From positions 4,012 to 68,011 of the forward strand of contig CAILDA010000008.1 of assembly GCA_903832875.1 (NCBI GenBank): DNA of 64,000 bases, given 5' to 3'. This DNA is from an uncultured Micrococcales bacterium (GTDB lineage Bacteria > Actinomycetota > Actinomycetes > Actinomycetales > Microbacteriaceae). Below, one piece after another: positions 22,237 to 32,930 of the stretch. Numbering within the stretch: the stretch's first letter is position 1; each line of letters begins with the position of its first letter. A program made the position numbers and the translations under genes. A model generated the notes under the pieces. That model was not told where the DNA came from and did no database searches. It saw nothing but the letters and a program-made list of their open reading frames with translations.

Positions 22237-22375
22237 TGCCGTTCCTTTTCTGTCGCCTGGGCGACTGGTTTTATGCTGTCATGACACTACGAAGGAACAC
22301 TGCTTTGGTGGGAGTGTTCCGTTGAATTGTTGATAACTTCTACCAAAAACTCAACTGTGAATAGCCTAGCAATAT

Positions 22376-22391
22376 CCGAACATAATTACGA
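22376..22391. promoter_or_regulatory. SOS box upstream of recA
   Basis: CCGAAC-ATAA-TTACGA, lying 7 nt upstream of a minus-strand TAGGCT -10 (22363-22368). Confidence 0.7.
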
Positions 22392-22399
22392 ATAAAAAT

Positions 22400-22633
22400 C
22401 TATTCGGCGTGTCTATCTTTCGGCTTTTTGTTCAAACCATGCCAACGCTCTTTTGGAACATTTTGAGCTTTGCAAATGGACTCCCATACTTCTCTGGGGT
22501 CAAAGCCAGCATCTAGTGCCTTTTGGCCGGTGAGATCGCCTAGCTCAATTAGGGCTAAATCCCGAAGGAGAACAGCCGCATAGGCTGCCCCGAACTCATT
22601 AGCCATCAGTGTTTGAAAGTCGCTTAGTCGCAC
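22400..22633 (-). CDS. DUF3046 family protein
   Basis: MRLSDF...EFG...AL.AG.DPREVW pattern; conserved position upstream of recA. Family call from recall. Confidence 0.85.
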   Translation of the reverse strand: MRLSDFQTLMANEFGAAYAAVLLRDLALIELGDLTGQKALDAGFDPREVWESICKAQNVPKERWHGLNKKPKDRHAE

Positions 22634-22698
22634 GGTTAGACGATAACCCGAGAAGCCACTAAATGCCTGCTAACAAGACCCGCAAGTCTTAAAGAAAA

Positions 22699-22727
22699 GA
22701 ACCCCCGAAGCAATGCCTCGGGGGTTC
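22699..22727 (-). terminator. Intrinsic terminator after clgR
   Basis: GAACCCCCGA...TCGGGGGTTC stem followed by TTTTCTTT on the minus strand. Confidence 0.8.
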
Positions 22728-22739
22728 CATAGCCAATTC

Positions 22740-23051
22740 CTAGCGGGAATTGGTCAAGCTTGGTGAATCGTAACTAGTTACGAACTCGACTGGGACTGTG
22801 TCTGGAATGACAACGGTCTCAACCGCTTCAAAACGCTCTGCTACCAGGCGCATGATCTGCGAGATTGGAACATCCAGGGCATATGCCACAGAAGCAAGGA
22901 TCTCTGAAGACGCTTCCTTTTGGCCACGCTCGATCTCGCTTAGGTATCCCAATGCAACAGCTGCACGAGATGCTACCTGACGAAGGGTGTGTCCCTTCTG
23001 CTGGCGGAGGTCACGAAGCACATCACCGATTTCTTGACGAACTAGAGCCAT
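22740..23051 (-). CDS. clgR: XRE-family HTH regulator, ClgR/PopR-like
   Basis: TLRQVA...ALGYLSEIERGQKEASSE; conserved pgsA-cinA-clgR order. Confidence 0.85.
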   Translation of the reverse strand: MALVRQEIGDVLRDLRQQKGHTLRQVASRAAVALGYLSEIERGQKEASSEILASVAYALDVPISQIMRLVAERFEAVETVVIPDTVPVEFVTSYDSPSLTNSR

Positions 23052-23124
23052 TTAGGGCCTCCTTTCAATAGAGCTGCAAGAGCCATCTTTGGTACCTGCG
23101 GGGAAATTGCTTTCCCGTAGAAAT

Positions 23125-23146
23125 AACTTACCTGTTCCTAGTGACA
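23125..23146 (-). promoter_or_regulatory. PafBC/RecA-NDp-like promoter upstream of clgR
   Basis: Minus strand TGTCAC-N10-TAAGTT, followed by a 5' hairpin GGGAAA-GCAA-TTTCCC. Confidence 0.45.
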
Positions 23147-23221
23147 TTTTGCCCTTAGATTGCTGAAAGTTACCTTGGAATTCAATCTGGACAGATTGCC
23201 TTCACATTATGAATAACCAGA

Positions 23222-23710
23222 CTAACGGGCTAAGTATTCCCCGATATGTGCAATTGCTGCAGAAACACTTTGGTTTCGGATAGCTGTCCTATCCCCTTCA
23301 AAATGCTCTTCCCAGACCTTTACCCCGTGTTTTCCAGCAACAGAAATGAACACTGTGCCAACCGGTTTGCCATCTTGTACATCGGGACCAGCAACACCAG
23401 TGGTTGAAACACCAATGACACTCTCTGTTGCGAGCAATAGTTGCAGTGACATCCTGGAACGAATTCCTTCAGCCATCTGTACGGCCACTTCTGGATCAAC
23501 AGCACCATTCGATTCAAGCAATTGAGGATTTACCCCAAGGGCTGACACTTTGAGACCAGTTTGGTAAGCAACCACAGAACCTAAAACAACATTTGATGCA
23601 CCAGCAACCGAAACTAACTCACTACACAGCATTCCACCGGTGAGAGATTCAGCAATAGCAAGTTTTAAACCTTTATCTTCAAGCTGTTTGAGTAGGTCAG
23701 CTGCAGACAT
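23222..23710 (-). CDS. cinA: CinA C-terminal domain protein (NMN deamidase PncC-like)
   Basis: AESLTGG, TTGVAGP and PVGTV motifs. Confidence 0.9.
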   Translation of the reverse strand: MSAADLLKQLEDKGLKLAIAESLTGGMLCSELVSVAGASNVVLGSVVAYQTGLKVSALGVNPQLLESNGAVDPEVAVQMAEGIRSRMSLQLLLATESVIGVSTTGVAGPDVQDGKPVGTVFISVAGKHGVKVWEEHFEGDRTAIRNQSVSAAIAHIGEYLAR

Positions 23711-24244
23711 TTATCTTGACTCTCTGATGTATTTGATTGCTGAGTACCACGTTAGAAACACGGCACCATAGATTAATCCAAAGCCGATGTCGAAATCTGG
23801 GTTGAACAAGATCAGATTCAGTGGCGAAATAACCCAGCCGAGTGCAATTGCCTGAAAAACAGTTTTTAGCTTTCCAGTACTCGATGCAGGAATCACTCTG
23901 TCTCGCACCACTATTAGTCGATAAACAGTCATACCAACTTCACGAATCAGAATCGCAATTGTTGCCCACCAAGGCATTACGTTCAACATAGATAGCACTA
24001 TAAATGTTCCACCGAGTAAAACCTTGTCGGCAATCGGATCCAAGAGCTTGCCTAACTTAGTTACGGTGTTGCTCCTGCGAGCAATTGCGCCGTCAATTCC
24101 ATCGGTAGCAGCTATGGCTATGAATGCTGCTAACAAATACCAACCAACTGTTTCACCAGGCAAATAGTAGGCATAGAGGAACCAAAGAAACACTGGCGCG
24201 ATAACGATCCTTGCGATGGTTACCAAGTTTGCAGCATTCAACAT
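23711..24244 (-). CDS. pgsA: CDP-diacylglycerol--glycerol-3-phosphate phosphatidyltransferase
   Basis: CDP-alcohol motif DGIDGAIAR...GKLLDPIADK. Confidence 0.93.
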   Translation of the reverse strand: MLNAANLVTIARIVIAPVFLWFLYAYYLPGETVGWYLLAAFIAIAATDGIDGAIARRSNTVTKLGKLLDPIADKVLLGGTFIVLSMLNVMPWWATIAILIREVGMTVYRLIVVRDRVIPASSTGKLKTVFQAIALGWVISPLNLILFNPDFDIGFGLIYGAVFLTWYSAIKYIRESR

Positions 24245-24257
24245 CTGTGGCCTCTTC

Positions 24258-26867
24258 CTATTTTCTTCCGGTTAGCTGCCACGCGTCGCCATCATCTTCA
24301 TCATCGTCTGTTGCTGGTGGAACAAAGTCAGCGAATTCGCCCGCACCTTGATCTAGTGCTGCAGCAGCTTGAGTAACTTGAGCGTTAGCTTTACTGCCGG
24401 TTTCACCGCGGAGTTGAGCAAGCACTGTCGGTAAATCTTCAGGGCGAACCATCACATCGCGAGCCTTGGAACCTTCACTTGGTCCAACAATGTTTCTTGA
24501 TTCCAAGAGATCCATTAGTCGACCAGCTTTAGCAAATCCAACTCTGAGCTTTCTTTGCAACATGGATGTTGAACCAAACTGTGAAGAGATAATAAGTTCA
24601 GCTGCTTGCAAGAGAACCTCTAAGTCATCACCGATATCTGCATCGACAACATTTCTAGTCGCTACCTCGTTGACATCCTGGCGATACTCGGGCTGCATCT
24701 GGTTTTTTACGTGAGTAACAATGGCAGCTAGTTCACCTTCGGTTATCCAAGCACCTTGAACACGCATCGGTTTATTTGTGCCCATTGGAGAGAACAAAGC
24801 GTCACCTTGGCCAATAAGTTTTTCAGCACCTTGCTGATCCAAAATAACTCTTGAGTCAGTCAAAGATGAAACTGAGAACGCAAGACGGCTTGGCACGTTT
24901 GCCTTGATGAGCCCCGTAACAACATCAACCGAAGGTCGCTGTGTCGCAAGAACTAGATGAATACCAGCAGCTCGTGCAAGCTGGGTGATTCGAACAATAG
25001 AATCTTCGACCTCACGAGGTGCAACAATCATCAAGTCTGCAAGCTCATCAACCACAACCATTAGATAAGGGTACGGTTGTAACTTTCTTGAAGAGTTTTC
25101 AGGCAGCTTCACTTCCCCAGCAACTAGTGCTCTATTGAAGTCATCGACATGTTTGAAGCCGAATGATGCTAAATCGTCATAGCGAGCGTCCATCTCTTTG
25201 ACGACCCATTGCAAAGCTTCAGCGGCTTTCTTTGGATTAGTGATGATTGGAGTAATCAAATGCGGAACACCTTCATAAGCAGCTAACTCAACTCGCTTAG
25301 GGTCAATCAAAACCATTCGAACTTCAGCAGGTTTAGAGCGCATCAACACTGAAGAAATCATTGAGTTAACAAATGAGGATTTACCAGCACCAGTTGCGCC
25401 AGCAACTAGCAAGTGCGGCATCTTGGCAAGGTTGGCAACAACATAGCCACCTTCGACATCTTTACCAATACCGATGGTTAGCGGGTGCTTGCTCTGCTGA
25501 GCAACAGGCGAACGCAAAACATCACCAAGAGAGACTGTCTCACGATCAATATTTGGAATCTCAATTCCAATTGCCGACTTACCTGGAATTGGAGCCAGAA
25601 TTCTTACCTCGTTGCTAGCTACCGCATAAGAAATATTCCCAGCAAGACGAGTAACAGCTTCTACTTTGACACCAGGCTTTACCTCTACTTCGTAACGAGT
25701 AACCGTAGGTCCTCGAGAGAACCCGCTGACCTTGGCATCAACTCCGAACTCTTGAAAGACTGAGTTTAGGGATTCGACTACAGCATCATTTGCAGCTGTC
25801 TTTGCCTTTGGTACTGTTCCAGCTACTAACAATGATGCCGGTGGCAATACATAGTTACGTTTTGGTTTGACGGGAGCAGACTCAATCGCAGCGCTGGTAA
25901 CCGTTTCGATTGGCTCTAACACGGTGGTTTCTGCAATGACAGAAATTGGTTCTGTTAAATTCTCATCAACAACTGAGATGGGTTGAGTATTTGCTTCAGC
26001 TTCCTGAACATCAAAGATTTCTTCAAGAGTCATTGTTTCATCACCAGTTAGCACTGGTGTGTCATATGCTTCTTTTTCTGTTGATTTGGATCTCTTCCAC
26101 CAAGGAACCTTAGTGCCATCAAAAGCATCGTCTACTTCTTCTTCTACTTCTTCAGTCTCTTTTTCAGATCCTGGAAAAAGGTGGTGATAAAGTTCAACGA
26201 TTCTCGCCTTGACTTTATTAGGAGCGGTCTTAGTCATAATCAGAAGCGAACCTATTGCCAAGATTCCAACCACAGCACCTGCACCCCAAACAGTGATGGT
26301 GTTAATGAACAAAACAGTAATTAACCAGCCAAACAGTCCGCCGGCTTGAGCCAGAGCTGGCGCGAGATCTGATGGCTGAGGTTGAGAACTGAATAAATGG
26401 AAGAAACCAGCAACGCTAATCAACAGAACAACCCAACCAAGGCCAACCCTGGTGTTATCTCTAACTGTCGACGGATGTCTCATCAAATACATCGAGAAGA
26501 CAATCATGACAACTGGTAGTGCCACAGAAAGTCGACCGAATAGCAATCCAGCGGTGTAATCATTAAGTATTTTGGCAATGCTTGGGTCAGCGGCATTCAA
26601 ATCCGCTGGGAAGAACCAAGTATCTATAGCTCCTGCAACTCCAAGCAAGAACAAGACGAATGGCGGACCGTCTCGACGATCTTCCTTGGCTATCTTTTCT
26701 GAAGTAAGCGAACGAGCCAGCCAACCGATAACTGCAGCGCCTGCAAGATAAACCCAAGCTATAGATCGGAGCAGCCAATTGTGGCGCTCTCTTTGGGCTC
26801 TAGGCGCTTTGCTCCGCTTAGCGGGTGCGACCCTGCCGCGAGGTTTAGCTGGTTTACGTGATGCCAT
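24258..26867 (-). CDS. ftsK: DNA translocase FtsK
   Basis: N-terminal TMs, [24 protein letters not shown], gamma domain [12 protein letters not shown]. Start ATG 26867. Confidence 0.97.
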   Translation of the reverse strand: MASRKPAKPRGRVAPAKRSKAPRAQRERHNWLLRSIAWVYLAGAAVIGWLARSLTSEKIAKEDRRDGPPFVLFLLGVAGAIDTWFFPADLNAADPSIAKILNDYTAGLLFGRLSVALPVVMIVFSMYLMRHPSTVRDNTRVGLGWVVLLISVAGFFHLFSSQPQPSDLAPALAQAGGLFGWLITVLFINTITVWGAGAVVGILAIGSLLIMTKTAPNKVKARIVELYHHLFPGSEKETEEVEEEVDDAFDGTKVPWWKRSKSTEKEAYDTPVLTGDETMTLEEIFDVQEAEANTQPISVVDENLTEPISVIAETTVLEPIETVTSAAIESAPVKPKRNYVLPPASLLVAGTVPKAKTAANDAVVESLNSVFQEFGVDAKVSGFSRGPTVTRYEVEVKPGVKVEAVTRLAGNISYAVASNEVRILAPIPGKSAIGIEIPNIDRETVSLGDVLRSPVAQQSKHPLTIGIGKDVEGGYVVANLAKMPHLLVAGATGAGKSSFVNSMISSVLMRSKPAEVRMVLIDPKRVELAAYEGVPHLITPIITNPKKAAEALQWVVKEMDARYDDLASFGFKHVDDFNRALVAGEVKLPENSSRKLQPYPYLMVVVDELADLMIVAPREVEDSIVRITQLARAAGIHLVLATQRPSVDVVTGLIKANVPSRLAFSVSSLTDSRVILDQQGAEKLIGQGDALFSPMGTNKPMRVQGAWITEGELAAIVTHVKNQMQPEYRQDVNEVATRNVVDADIGDDLEVLLQAAELIISSQFGSTSMLQRKLRVGFAKAGRLMDLLESRNIVGPSEGSKARDVMVRPEDLPTVLAQLRGETGSKANAQVTQAAAALDQGAGEFADFVPPATDDDEDDGDAWQLTGRK

Positions 26868-26938
26868 GACTTCCAAAATAACAGCGACCCCCGTCAATAC
26901 AGGTCAGGCAGGGCAGGAAAGGTTACGCCAGCGGCTTA

Positions 26939-28621
26939 TTAGCCTTCTATGACAACGGGAATAATTACAGGTCTTCTGCGGTGATTGCGGTTTACCCAGG
27001 TGCCAATAGTGCGTCTAATGACCTGCTGCATGGCGTAGGTATCCCTAATACCTTCTTGGGCAGCCTCCCCTAAAGCCTTCTCAATCAAAGGTTTAACATC
27101 ATCAAATACATGGTCATCTTCGGCGTAAGCCTTAGCTCTGATTTCAGGGCCAACAATGATTCGACCTGTGTCTTTATCCATTACGGCGAAAATCGAGATA
27201 AAACCCTCTTGAGATAGCAATCTGCGGTCTTTTAGGTCATCCTCGGTAATCTTGCCAACAGTTTTGCCATCGACAAAGAGCATCCCACATTCAACTGCTC
27301 CGACAACTTGAGCTCGACCATCGACAAGGTCGACAACCCAACCATCCTCAACAATGAGTACTCGCTCTGATGGTATGCCAGTCTTTTCAGCTAATGCGCC
27401 ATTAGCAATTAGGTGACGGTACTCACCATGGACTGGCATAGCGTTCTTAGGCTTCAAGATGTTGTAACAGTAGAGTAGCTCTCCCGCTGCCGCATGTCCT
27501 GACACGTGTACCTTGGCATTGCCCTTGTGAACAACATTTGCCCGAAGACGAGTGAGCTGATCGATTACACGATAGACAGCATTCTCGTTACCAGGAATCA
27601 ATGAAGAGGCAAGAATTACGGTGTCACCTTCGCCGACAGTTATCTGATGCTCGCTATTAGCCATCTTGGAAAGCACAGCCATAGGTTCACCTTGAGAACC
27701 AGTGCACATGTAAACAATTTCATTCTCAGGAATGCTATCGGCATCTTTGAAATCAATGAAAATATCTTTGGGTGCCTCTAGATAACCAAGATCAGATGCA
27801 ATCTGCATGTTACGAACCATTGATCTTCCAACAAGGGCTACCTTGCGGTTATGAGCAGCTGCTGCGTTTAGAACTTGTTGAACACGATGAACATGGGATG
27901 AGAAGCTAGCGACGATTACTTTGCCAGGTGTTCTAGAAATAACATCATCAATTACCGGACCGATGTCTTTTTCTAGTGGCGTGAACCCTGGCACATCAGC
28001 ATTGGTTGAGTCAGCCATAAACAAATCAAGGCCTTCTTCACCGATGCGAGCAAAAGCTCTAAGGTCAGTAAGCCTGTTATCAAGCGGCAACTGATCCATC
28101 TTGAAATCACCGGTGTGTAAGACAGAACCAGCTTTAGTTCTGATAACAACCGCTAAAGCATCAGGAATCGAGTGATTGACAGCGATGAACTCTAGATCAA
28201 AACCAGCAACAGTTTTTCGGTCACCTTCGCGAACAACGTATTGATGACCAAGAATCTTGTGTTCTTTCAGTTTTGCATCAACAAAAGCAAGGGTTAGCTC
28301 AGATCCATACATTGGAATATCTGCACGCATCTTCAAAAGGTATGGCACTCCACCGATGTGGTCTTCGTGACCATGAGTAAGTACGATTCCGATGATGTCT
28401 GCAAGACGGTCATTCAGGTAGTTGAAGTCAGGAAGGATAAGGTCGACACCTGGTTGGTGTTCCTCAGGAAATAAAACACCGCAGTCGACGATAAGTAGCT
28501 TGCCATCGATTTCGAATACGGTCATGTTTCGACCGATTTCACCTATTCCACCAAGTGGAATGATTCGTAGGGTTCCAGCTTTTAGAGCTGGTGGATTTGG
28601 AAGAGCTTCAAACATCTGCAC
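26939..28621 (-). CDS. rnj: Ribonuclease J
   Basis: PLGGIGEIGRN, THGHEDHIG, GSQGEP and HVSGH motifs. Confidence 0.97.
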   Translation of the reverse strand: MQMFEALPNPPALKAGTLRIIPLGGIGEIGRNMTVFEIDGKLLIVDCGVLFPEEHQPGVDLILPDFNYLNDRLADIIGIVLTHGHEDHIGGVPYLLKMRADIPMYGSELTLAFVDAKLKEHKILGHQYVVREGDRKTVAGFDLEFIAVNHSIPDALAVVIRTKAGSVLHTGDFKMDQLPLDNRLTDLRAFARIGEEGLDLFMADSTNADVPGFTPLEKDIGPVIDDVISRTPGKVIVASFSSHVHRVQQVLNAAAAHNRKVALVGRSMVRNMQIASDLGYLEAPKDIFIDFKDADSIPENEIVYMCTGSQGEPMAVLSKMANSEHQITVGEGDTVILASSLIPGNENAVYRVIDQLTRLRANVVHKGNAKVHVSGHAAAGELLYCYNILKPKNAMPVHGEYRHLIANGALAEKTGIPSERVLIVEDGWVVDLVDGRAQVVGAVECGMLFVDGKTVGKITEDDLKDRRLLSQEGFISIFAVMDKDTGRIIVGPEIRAKAYAEDDHVFDDVKPLIEKALGEAAQEGIRDTYAMQQVIRRTIGTWVNRNHRRRPVIIPVVIEG

Positions 28622-28623
28622 AC

Positions 28624-29604
28624 CTATCTGGTTGTGCCAGCCACCTTTGGCAGAGCACCACCGGCTGCTGCGTTGCGATCTGGACGGAAGTTCGTAAAGT
28701 TCAAGCCAGGGACAGTGCCAACCTTGTCTATATCCGCTTCGATTCTGGCAGCTTCTGATTCCTCAGGACCTACTAAAGGTAAGCGAACACGAGGACTGTC
28801 AATTAGACCTAGCCCATTCAAAATGTATTTAGAAGCAACAGTTCCTGGCACATGTGTCATGGCTGCACGAACTAGCGGCTCTAATGCAGTGTGAACTTTT
28901 AGGGCAGCATCAAAATCATTGCGGTTAGTTGCATCAACAAGATCACGGTAAGCCTTAGGTGCAATGTTTGCTGTGACGCCAATCAAACCTGTTGCACCGA
29001 TAGAGATGTGCGGTAATGCATTGCTGTCATCACCTGAGAAGTAAAGCAGATCAGTTTCGTTTAGCACTCTGGAAACCTGAGCGAAATCGCCCTTGGCATC
29101 TTTGATTGCCATAATGTTTGGATGCTTAGCGGCACGAAGGAATGTTTCAAACTGAATTGGAATACCAGTTCTACCTGGAATGTCATACAAAATAACTGGC
29201 AGATCTGTTGCATCAGCAATCATTCTGAAGTGAGTTAGCACTCCAGCTTGAGTTGGCTTGTTGTAGTAAGGGGTGACAATCATGACACCATCTGCCCCCG
29301 CTGCTTCTGAAGCCTTATACAGCTGAATAGCGTGAGCAGTTTCGTTAGAGCCACCACCGGTGATGATCTTGGCTCTTCCAGCTGATACTGACTTACCAAC
29401 TTTTACTAATTGAAGCTTCTCAGCATCAGTAAGTGTGCTGGTCTCTCCTGTGGTTCCAGTCACAACAACACCATCAGCACCATTAGAGATCACATAGTCA
29501 AGGTGCTTTTCGGTAGCAGCCCAATCGACTTCACCATCTGTTGTCATAGGAGTAACTAAGGCAACAAGTACCTGACCAAATAAATCTTTATGTTTTTCCG
29601 ACAT
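28624..29604 (-). CDS. dapA: 4-hydroxy-tetrahydrodipicolinate synthase
   Basis: GTTGE, PYYNKP, YDIPGRT and IKDA motifs. Confidence 0.97.
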   Translation of the reverse strand: MSEKHKDLFGQVLVALVTPMTTDGEVDWAATEKHLDYVISNGADGVVVTGTTGETSTLTDAEKLQLVKVGKSVSAGRAKIITGGGSNETAHAIQLYKASEAAGADGVMIVTPYYNKPTQAGVLTHFRMIADATDLPVILYDIPGRTGIPIQFETFLRAAKHPNIMAIKDAKGDFAQVSRVLNETDLLYFSGDDSNALPHISIGATGLIGVTANIAPKAYRDLVDATNRNDFDAALKVHTALEPLVRAAMTHVPGTVASKYILNGLGLIDSPRVRLPLVGPEESEAARIEADIDKVGTVPGLNFTNFRPDRNAAAGGALPKVAGTTR

Positions 29605-29647
29605 AGGACAAGATTAGTGGTCAATAAGAATTAGGTAAAACCTAACC

Positions 29648-30382
29648 TTACGGAGCCACACGACCGTTCTCATTGAAAGCGTTGTATGTGTAAGGCATAA
29701 GTTCAGCCCAGAAGTCTTCCATCTTCTCAGCACACATCTCAATTTCACGCTGTGGGAAAGATGGGAAATGAGTTCCTTCACGCTTAGTTCTAAGGCTTAG
29801 AAAGTTCATAAGAGCACGAGAGTTCATAGTCACATACATCGATGAATAGATGTTCAGTGGCAAAACGATACGAGCAACTTCACGGGCAACACCTGCTTCA
29901 AGCATGCGCTGGTAAGACTCATAGGCCTGCAGCGAGGTAGTTCTAGTCTCTTGTTCAACTAGAGCGATCTGCTCAGCACTGCCTGGTAGGAACTCATAGT
30001 GGCCAGTTTTACCAACCTGCAATAGGTTACGGTCAGGACCTGGAACATAAAACACTGGGTTCAGTTCCTTGTATCGGCCTGATTCTTCGTTGTATGAAGC
30101 GATGCGGTGACGCATGAACTCTCTAAAGACGAAGATAGGAGCTTGAACATAGAAAGTCATTGAGTTGTGCTCAAAAGGTGATCCGTGACGATCTCTCATC
30201 AAGTAATTGATAAGACCTTTGCTTCTCTTCTCATCTTCACTGGCGTCAGTGTGAGCAGCAGCTGCCTCAAGAGATTGCTCGCCCTGGGTAGATACCCGAG
30301 CAGCAAAAAGGACATCGCTATCAGAAGCGCTTGAACGGACTAATTCGACGGTAACGTCGCTACGAAAAATAATGTCAGACAC
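29648..30382 (-). CDS. thyX: FAD-dependent thymidylate synthase
   Basis: ThyX motif RHRIASYNEESGRY, HGSPFEH. Confidence 0.97.
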   Translation of the reverse strand: MSDIIFRSDVTVELVRSSASDSDVLFAARVSTQGEQSLEAAAAHTDASEDEKRSKGLINYLMRDRHGSPFEHNSMTFYVQAPIFVFREFMRHRIASYNEESGRYKELNPVFYVPGPDRNLLQVGKTGHYEFLPGSAEQIALVEQETRTTSLQAYESYQRMLEAGVAREVARIVLPLNIYSSMYVTMNSRALMNFLSLRTKREGTHFPSFPQREIEMCAEKMEDFWAELMPYTYNAFNENGRVAP

Positions 30383-30392
30383 GGGTAAAAGC

Positions 30393-30833
30393 CTACCTTT
30401 TAGATCTCTCTATTGCTTTACGCATCGCCCCTCTGGCGCGTTTTCTATCACCACAGGCATCATAAATAAGTCCAAGAGCAAACCAGGATCTCCAGTTCTC
30501 TGGGTCCCTGGTTGCCTCTTCCTGATACTTTCCAAATTCCAGCATCGCTTCAGCTTTATTTGCTCGACCCGAAGGCAGAACACTGAACTCAAATCTTGGC
30601 CAAGCACCTTCTGTTTCAAGAGCCTTACCCAGCTTTTCGATAGCCAGCCCAAACCTAAGTTCCATATAAATACCCCAAGCACCAAATAACGGCAAAATGA
30701 GAATGCAAAATCCCATAACCCTAGCTACCGGTGAAGGTTGAATCAGAAATAGGTAACCTTGCTGACCAAGCAGGGCTAAATACATGAGAACTAATGCCGA
30801 CATAATTACGGCACCTAGTTTGGCTGAAGTCAT
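30393..30833 (-). CDS. Conserved membrane protein with C-terminal TPR-like segment
   Basis: Two TM helices, PSGR, WRSWFALGLIYDACGDRKRAR; lies between dapB and thyX. Confidence 0.8.
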   Translation of the reverse strand: MTSAKLGAVIMSALVLMYLALLGQQGYLFLIQPSPVARVMGFCILILPLFGAWGIYMELRFGLAIEKLGKALETEGAWPRFEFSVLPSGRANKAEAMLEFGKYQEEATRDPENWRSWFALGLIYDACGDRKRARGAMRKAIERSKR

Positions 30834-30836
30834 TTC

Positions 30837-31562
30837 TCAGATACCAAGAATCTTGTTTAGACCAACAGTCAAACCAGTTGCTGTTGCGGTGAATCTAATT
30901 GAATGCAATATACCCAGCGCATATGCCTGAACCGATCCAGTTGAGTGCGAAATAGTTAGCACCTCATCCTTGCCACCAAGATTTACTTCCTGCTTGGCAG
31001 AAACTCCATCGAGACGGAGGCTGTGAATTGGAACTCCAGCAACTACTTCCCCACGGGCCTGCTGACCAACACCTGGAATAAGTGGCTGATCTTTGCCAGA
31101 TGCTTTTCTGCTTTCTGAAATAAGCTCAGCAGTTCTAACTGCTGTTCCAGAAGGCGAATCAATCTTGCCTGGGTGATGAGTTTCAATAATTTCGATTGAA
31201 TCAAAATACTTGGCAGCTTCAGCTGCAAACTTAGTAGCCAGAGTTGAACCTATAGAGAAGTTAGGAATGACAACTACTGCCCCAGCACCTACCTTTGCTT
31301 CTACCTCATTCAACAAACCCTGTGACCAACCACTGGTGGCAACTAATACTTTGATTGAGTTAGCAATAGCAAAATCAACCACCTTCTTGCTTACTTCAAG
31401 CTTGGTTGCATCAAAGATTACATCTGCACCTAGTACTTGGCTTAGCTCACTCTTTGAATCCAAAACAGCGTGTAATTCCAAATCTGGAGCACCGTGAATG
31501 ATATCCAGTGCTAACTTACCCATCCGGCCTGTAGCACCAACAACTGCAACTTTTATAGTCAT
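30837..31562 (-). CDS. dapB: 4-hydroxy-tetrahydrodipicolinate reductase
   Basis: GATGRMG, PNFSIG and ETHHPGKIDSPSGTA motifs. Confidence 0.96.
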   Translation of the reverse strand: MTIKVAVVGATGRMGKLALDIIHGAPDLELHAVLDSKSELSQVLGADVIFDATKLEVSKKVVDFAIANSIKVLVATSGWSQGLLNEVEAKVGAGAVVVIPNFSIGSTLATKFAAEAAKYFDSIEIIETHHPGKIDSPSGTAVRTAELISESRKASGKDQPLIPGVGQQARGEVVAGVPIHSLRLDGVSAKQEVNLGGKDEVLTISHSTGSVQAYALGILHSIRFTATATGLTVGLNKILGI

Positions 31563-31583
31563 GAGATAAAACTTACCAATCGC

Positions 31584-32918
31584 CTAGACAAACTCATCAA
31601 ATAGTGACTCTTTGACATCTCCAACAGCAATGAAAGACTTCGGAGCATCTGACATCAACTTGGCTAAGGCTTGAACATCGACAAGGTTCACTGCTGAGTA
31701 ACGAGCCAAAGACTCATCAAGATCAATAAATTCACCATCGGTAAGTTCAGCTCCTCCTAGACGAGACATTCTGGCCTGAGTGCTTTCAAACTTCAGAGCT
31801 AAACCACCAGAGATGTTTCCCTTAGCTAAATCAAGTTCAGCCTCGGTAATTCCGTCAGCTGCAACCTTAGCTAGTTCAGCCAGCATCAACCGAATAACTT
31901 CAGGAGCTTTCTGCGGTGAACAACCGGCATACAAGCCAAAGGCAGCAGCATCGCTATAGCCCTGGTTGAAAGAGTAAACAGAGTAAGCCAAACCACGCTT
32001 CTCACGAATCTCTTGGAACAACCTTGAAGACATACCCCCACCAAGAACTGTGTTGAGAATAGCCATCGCATAACGACGCTCATCCCCTGCAACCAACCCT
32101 TGTGAACCTAAGACTAGGTTTGCCTGAGCAATAGGTCTATTGATTACTTTGACTTGAGGTGCAACATCTAAAGTGGCAATACTTTGTTCACGCCAAGGCC
32201 TTGGGGTTGCGCTTAGGTTCAGATCCCAACCAGCAAGTTCTAGATTTTCAGTAACAAGTTCTAGTAGTGCATCGTGGTCAACTCCACCAGCAGCTGTTAC
32301 AACTAAATCTTGTGGTCGATAGTTCTTCTGGTAGTGCTGCCAAACAGCATCTCTGGAAACAGCCTTGATGGTCTCAGGGGTTCCACCGATAGGTCTTCCA
32401 AGTGGATGAGTTCCTAGAACAGCTTCAAAGAACTCTTCGTGAGCAACATCCTGAGGATCATCATCATTCATGGCTAGTTCTTCAAGAATGACAGTTCTTT
32501 CATTCTCAAACTCAACCGGATCAATAACCGATGATGTGAGCATGTCAGCGATAACTTGAACCGCAACAGGTATTGCCTTGTCTTGAACTCTGGCGTAGTA
32601 AGAAGTGTGTTCTTTACCAGTTGAAGCATTAGATGCTCCACCAACAGAATCAAAAGCAACCGCAATATCTAATGCTGTTCTAGATTTAGTTCCTTTGAAT
32701 AACAGATGCTCAAGGAAGTGAGTTGAGCCATGATGGCCATCAACTTCATCTCTTGAGCCAACTGCGACTGCGAAAGATACCGAAGCGCTTTGAGCACTGG
32801 GCATGCTTTCAGTTAAAACGCGAACACCGCTTGGGAGGACAGTGCGGCGAACCGTACTGCCTCCCGAAGCGGTGAACTCAATTTCGGGTTGATCGAGAGT
32901 GAATTGAACTACAGTCAT
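31584..32918 (-). CDS. M16 family zinc peptidase
   Basis: Inverted zinc motif HFLEH, GGGMSSRLFQEIREKRGLAY. Confidence 0.93.
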   Translation of the reverse strand: MTVVQFTLDQPEIEFTASGGSTVRRTVLPSGVRVLTESMPSAQSASVSFAVAVGSRDEVDGHHGSTHFLEHLLFKGTKSRTALDIAVAFDSVGGASNASTGKEHTSYYARVQDKAIPVAVQVIADMLTSSVIDPVEFENERTVILEELAMNDDDPQDVAHEEFFEAVLGTHPLGRPIGGTPETIKAVSRDAVWQHYQKNYRPQDLVVTAAGGVDHDALLELVTENLELAGWDLNLSATPRPWREQSIATLDVAPQVKVINRPIAQANLVLGSQGLVAGDERRYAMAILNTVLGGGMSSRLFQEIREKRGLAYSVYSFNQGYSDAAAFGLYAGCSPQKAPEVIRLMLAELAKVAADGITEAELDLAKGNISGGLALKFESTQARMSRLGGAELTDGEFIDLDESLARYSAVNLVDVQALAKLMSDAPKSFIAVGDVKESLFDEFV

Positions 32919-32930
32919 CTCGAAAGTTAT

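Noticed and set aside
22246-22268. GTCGCCTGGGCGAC near recA, resembling the 3' end of a ZTP (pfl) riboswitch
   Set aside because: The GCCTGGGC match is on the strand opposite to recA and the 5' aptamer half is missing; better read as a small hairpin before the recA SD
23110-23140. GGAAC as a possible SigE/SigH -35 element upstream of clgR
   Set aside because: No GTT -10 element at the required 17-18 nt spacing
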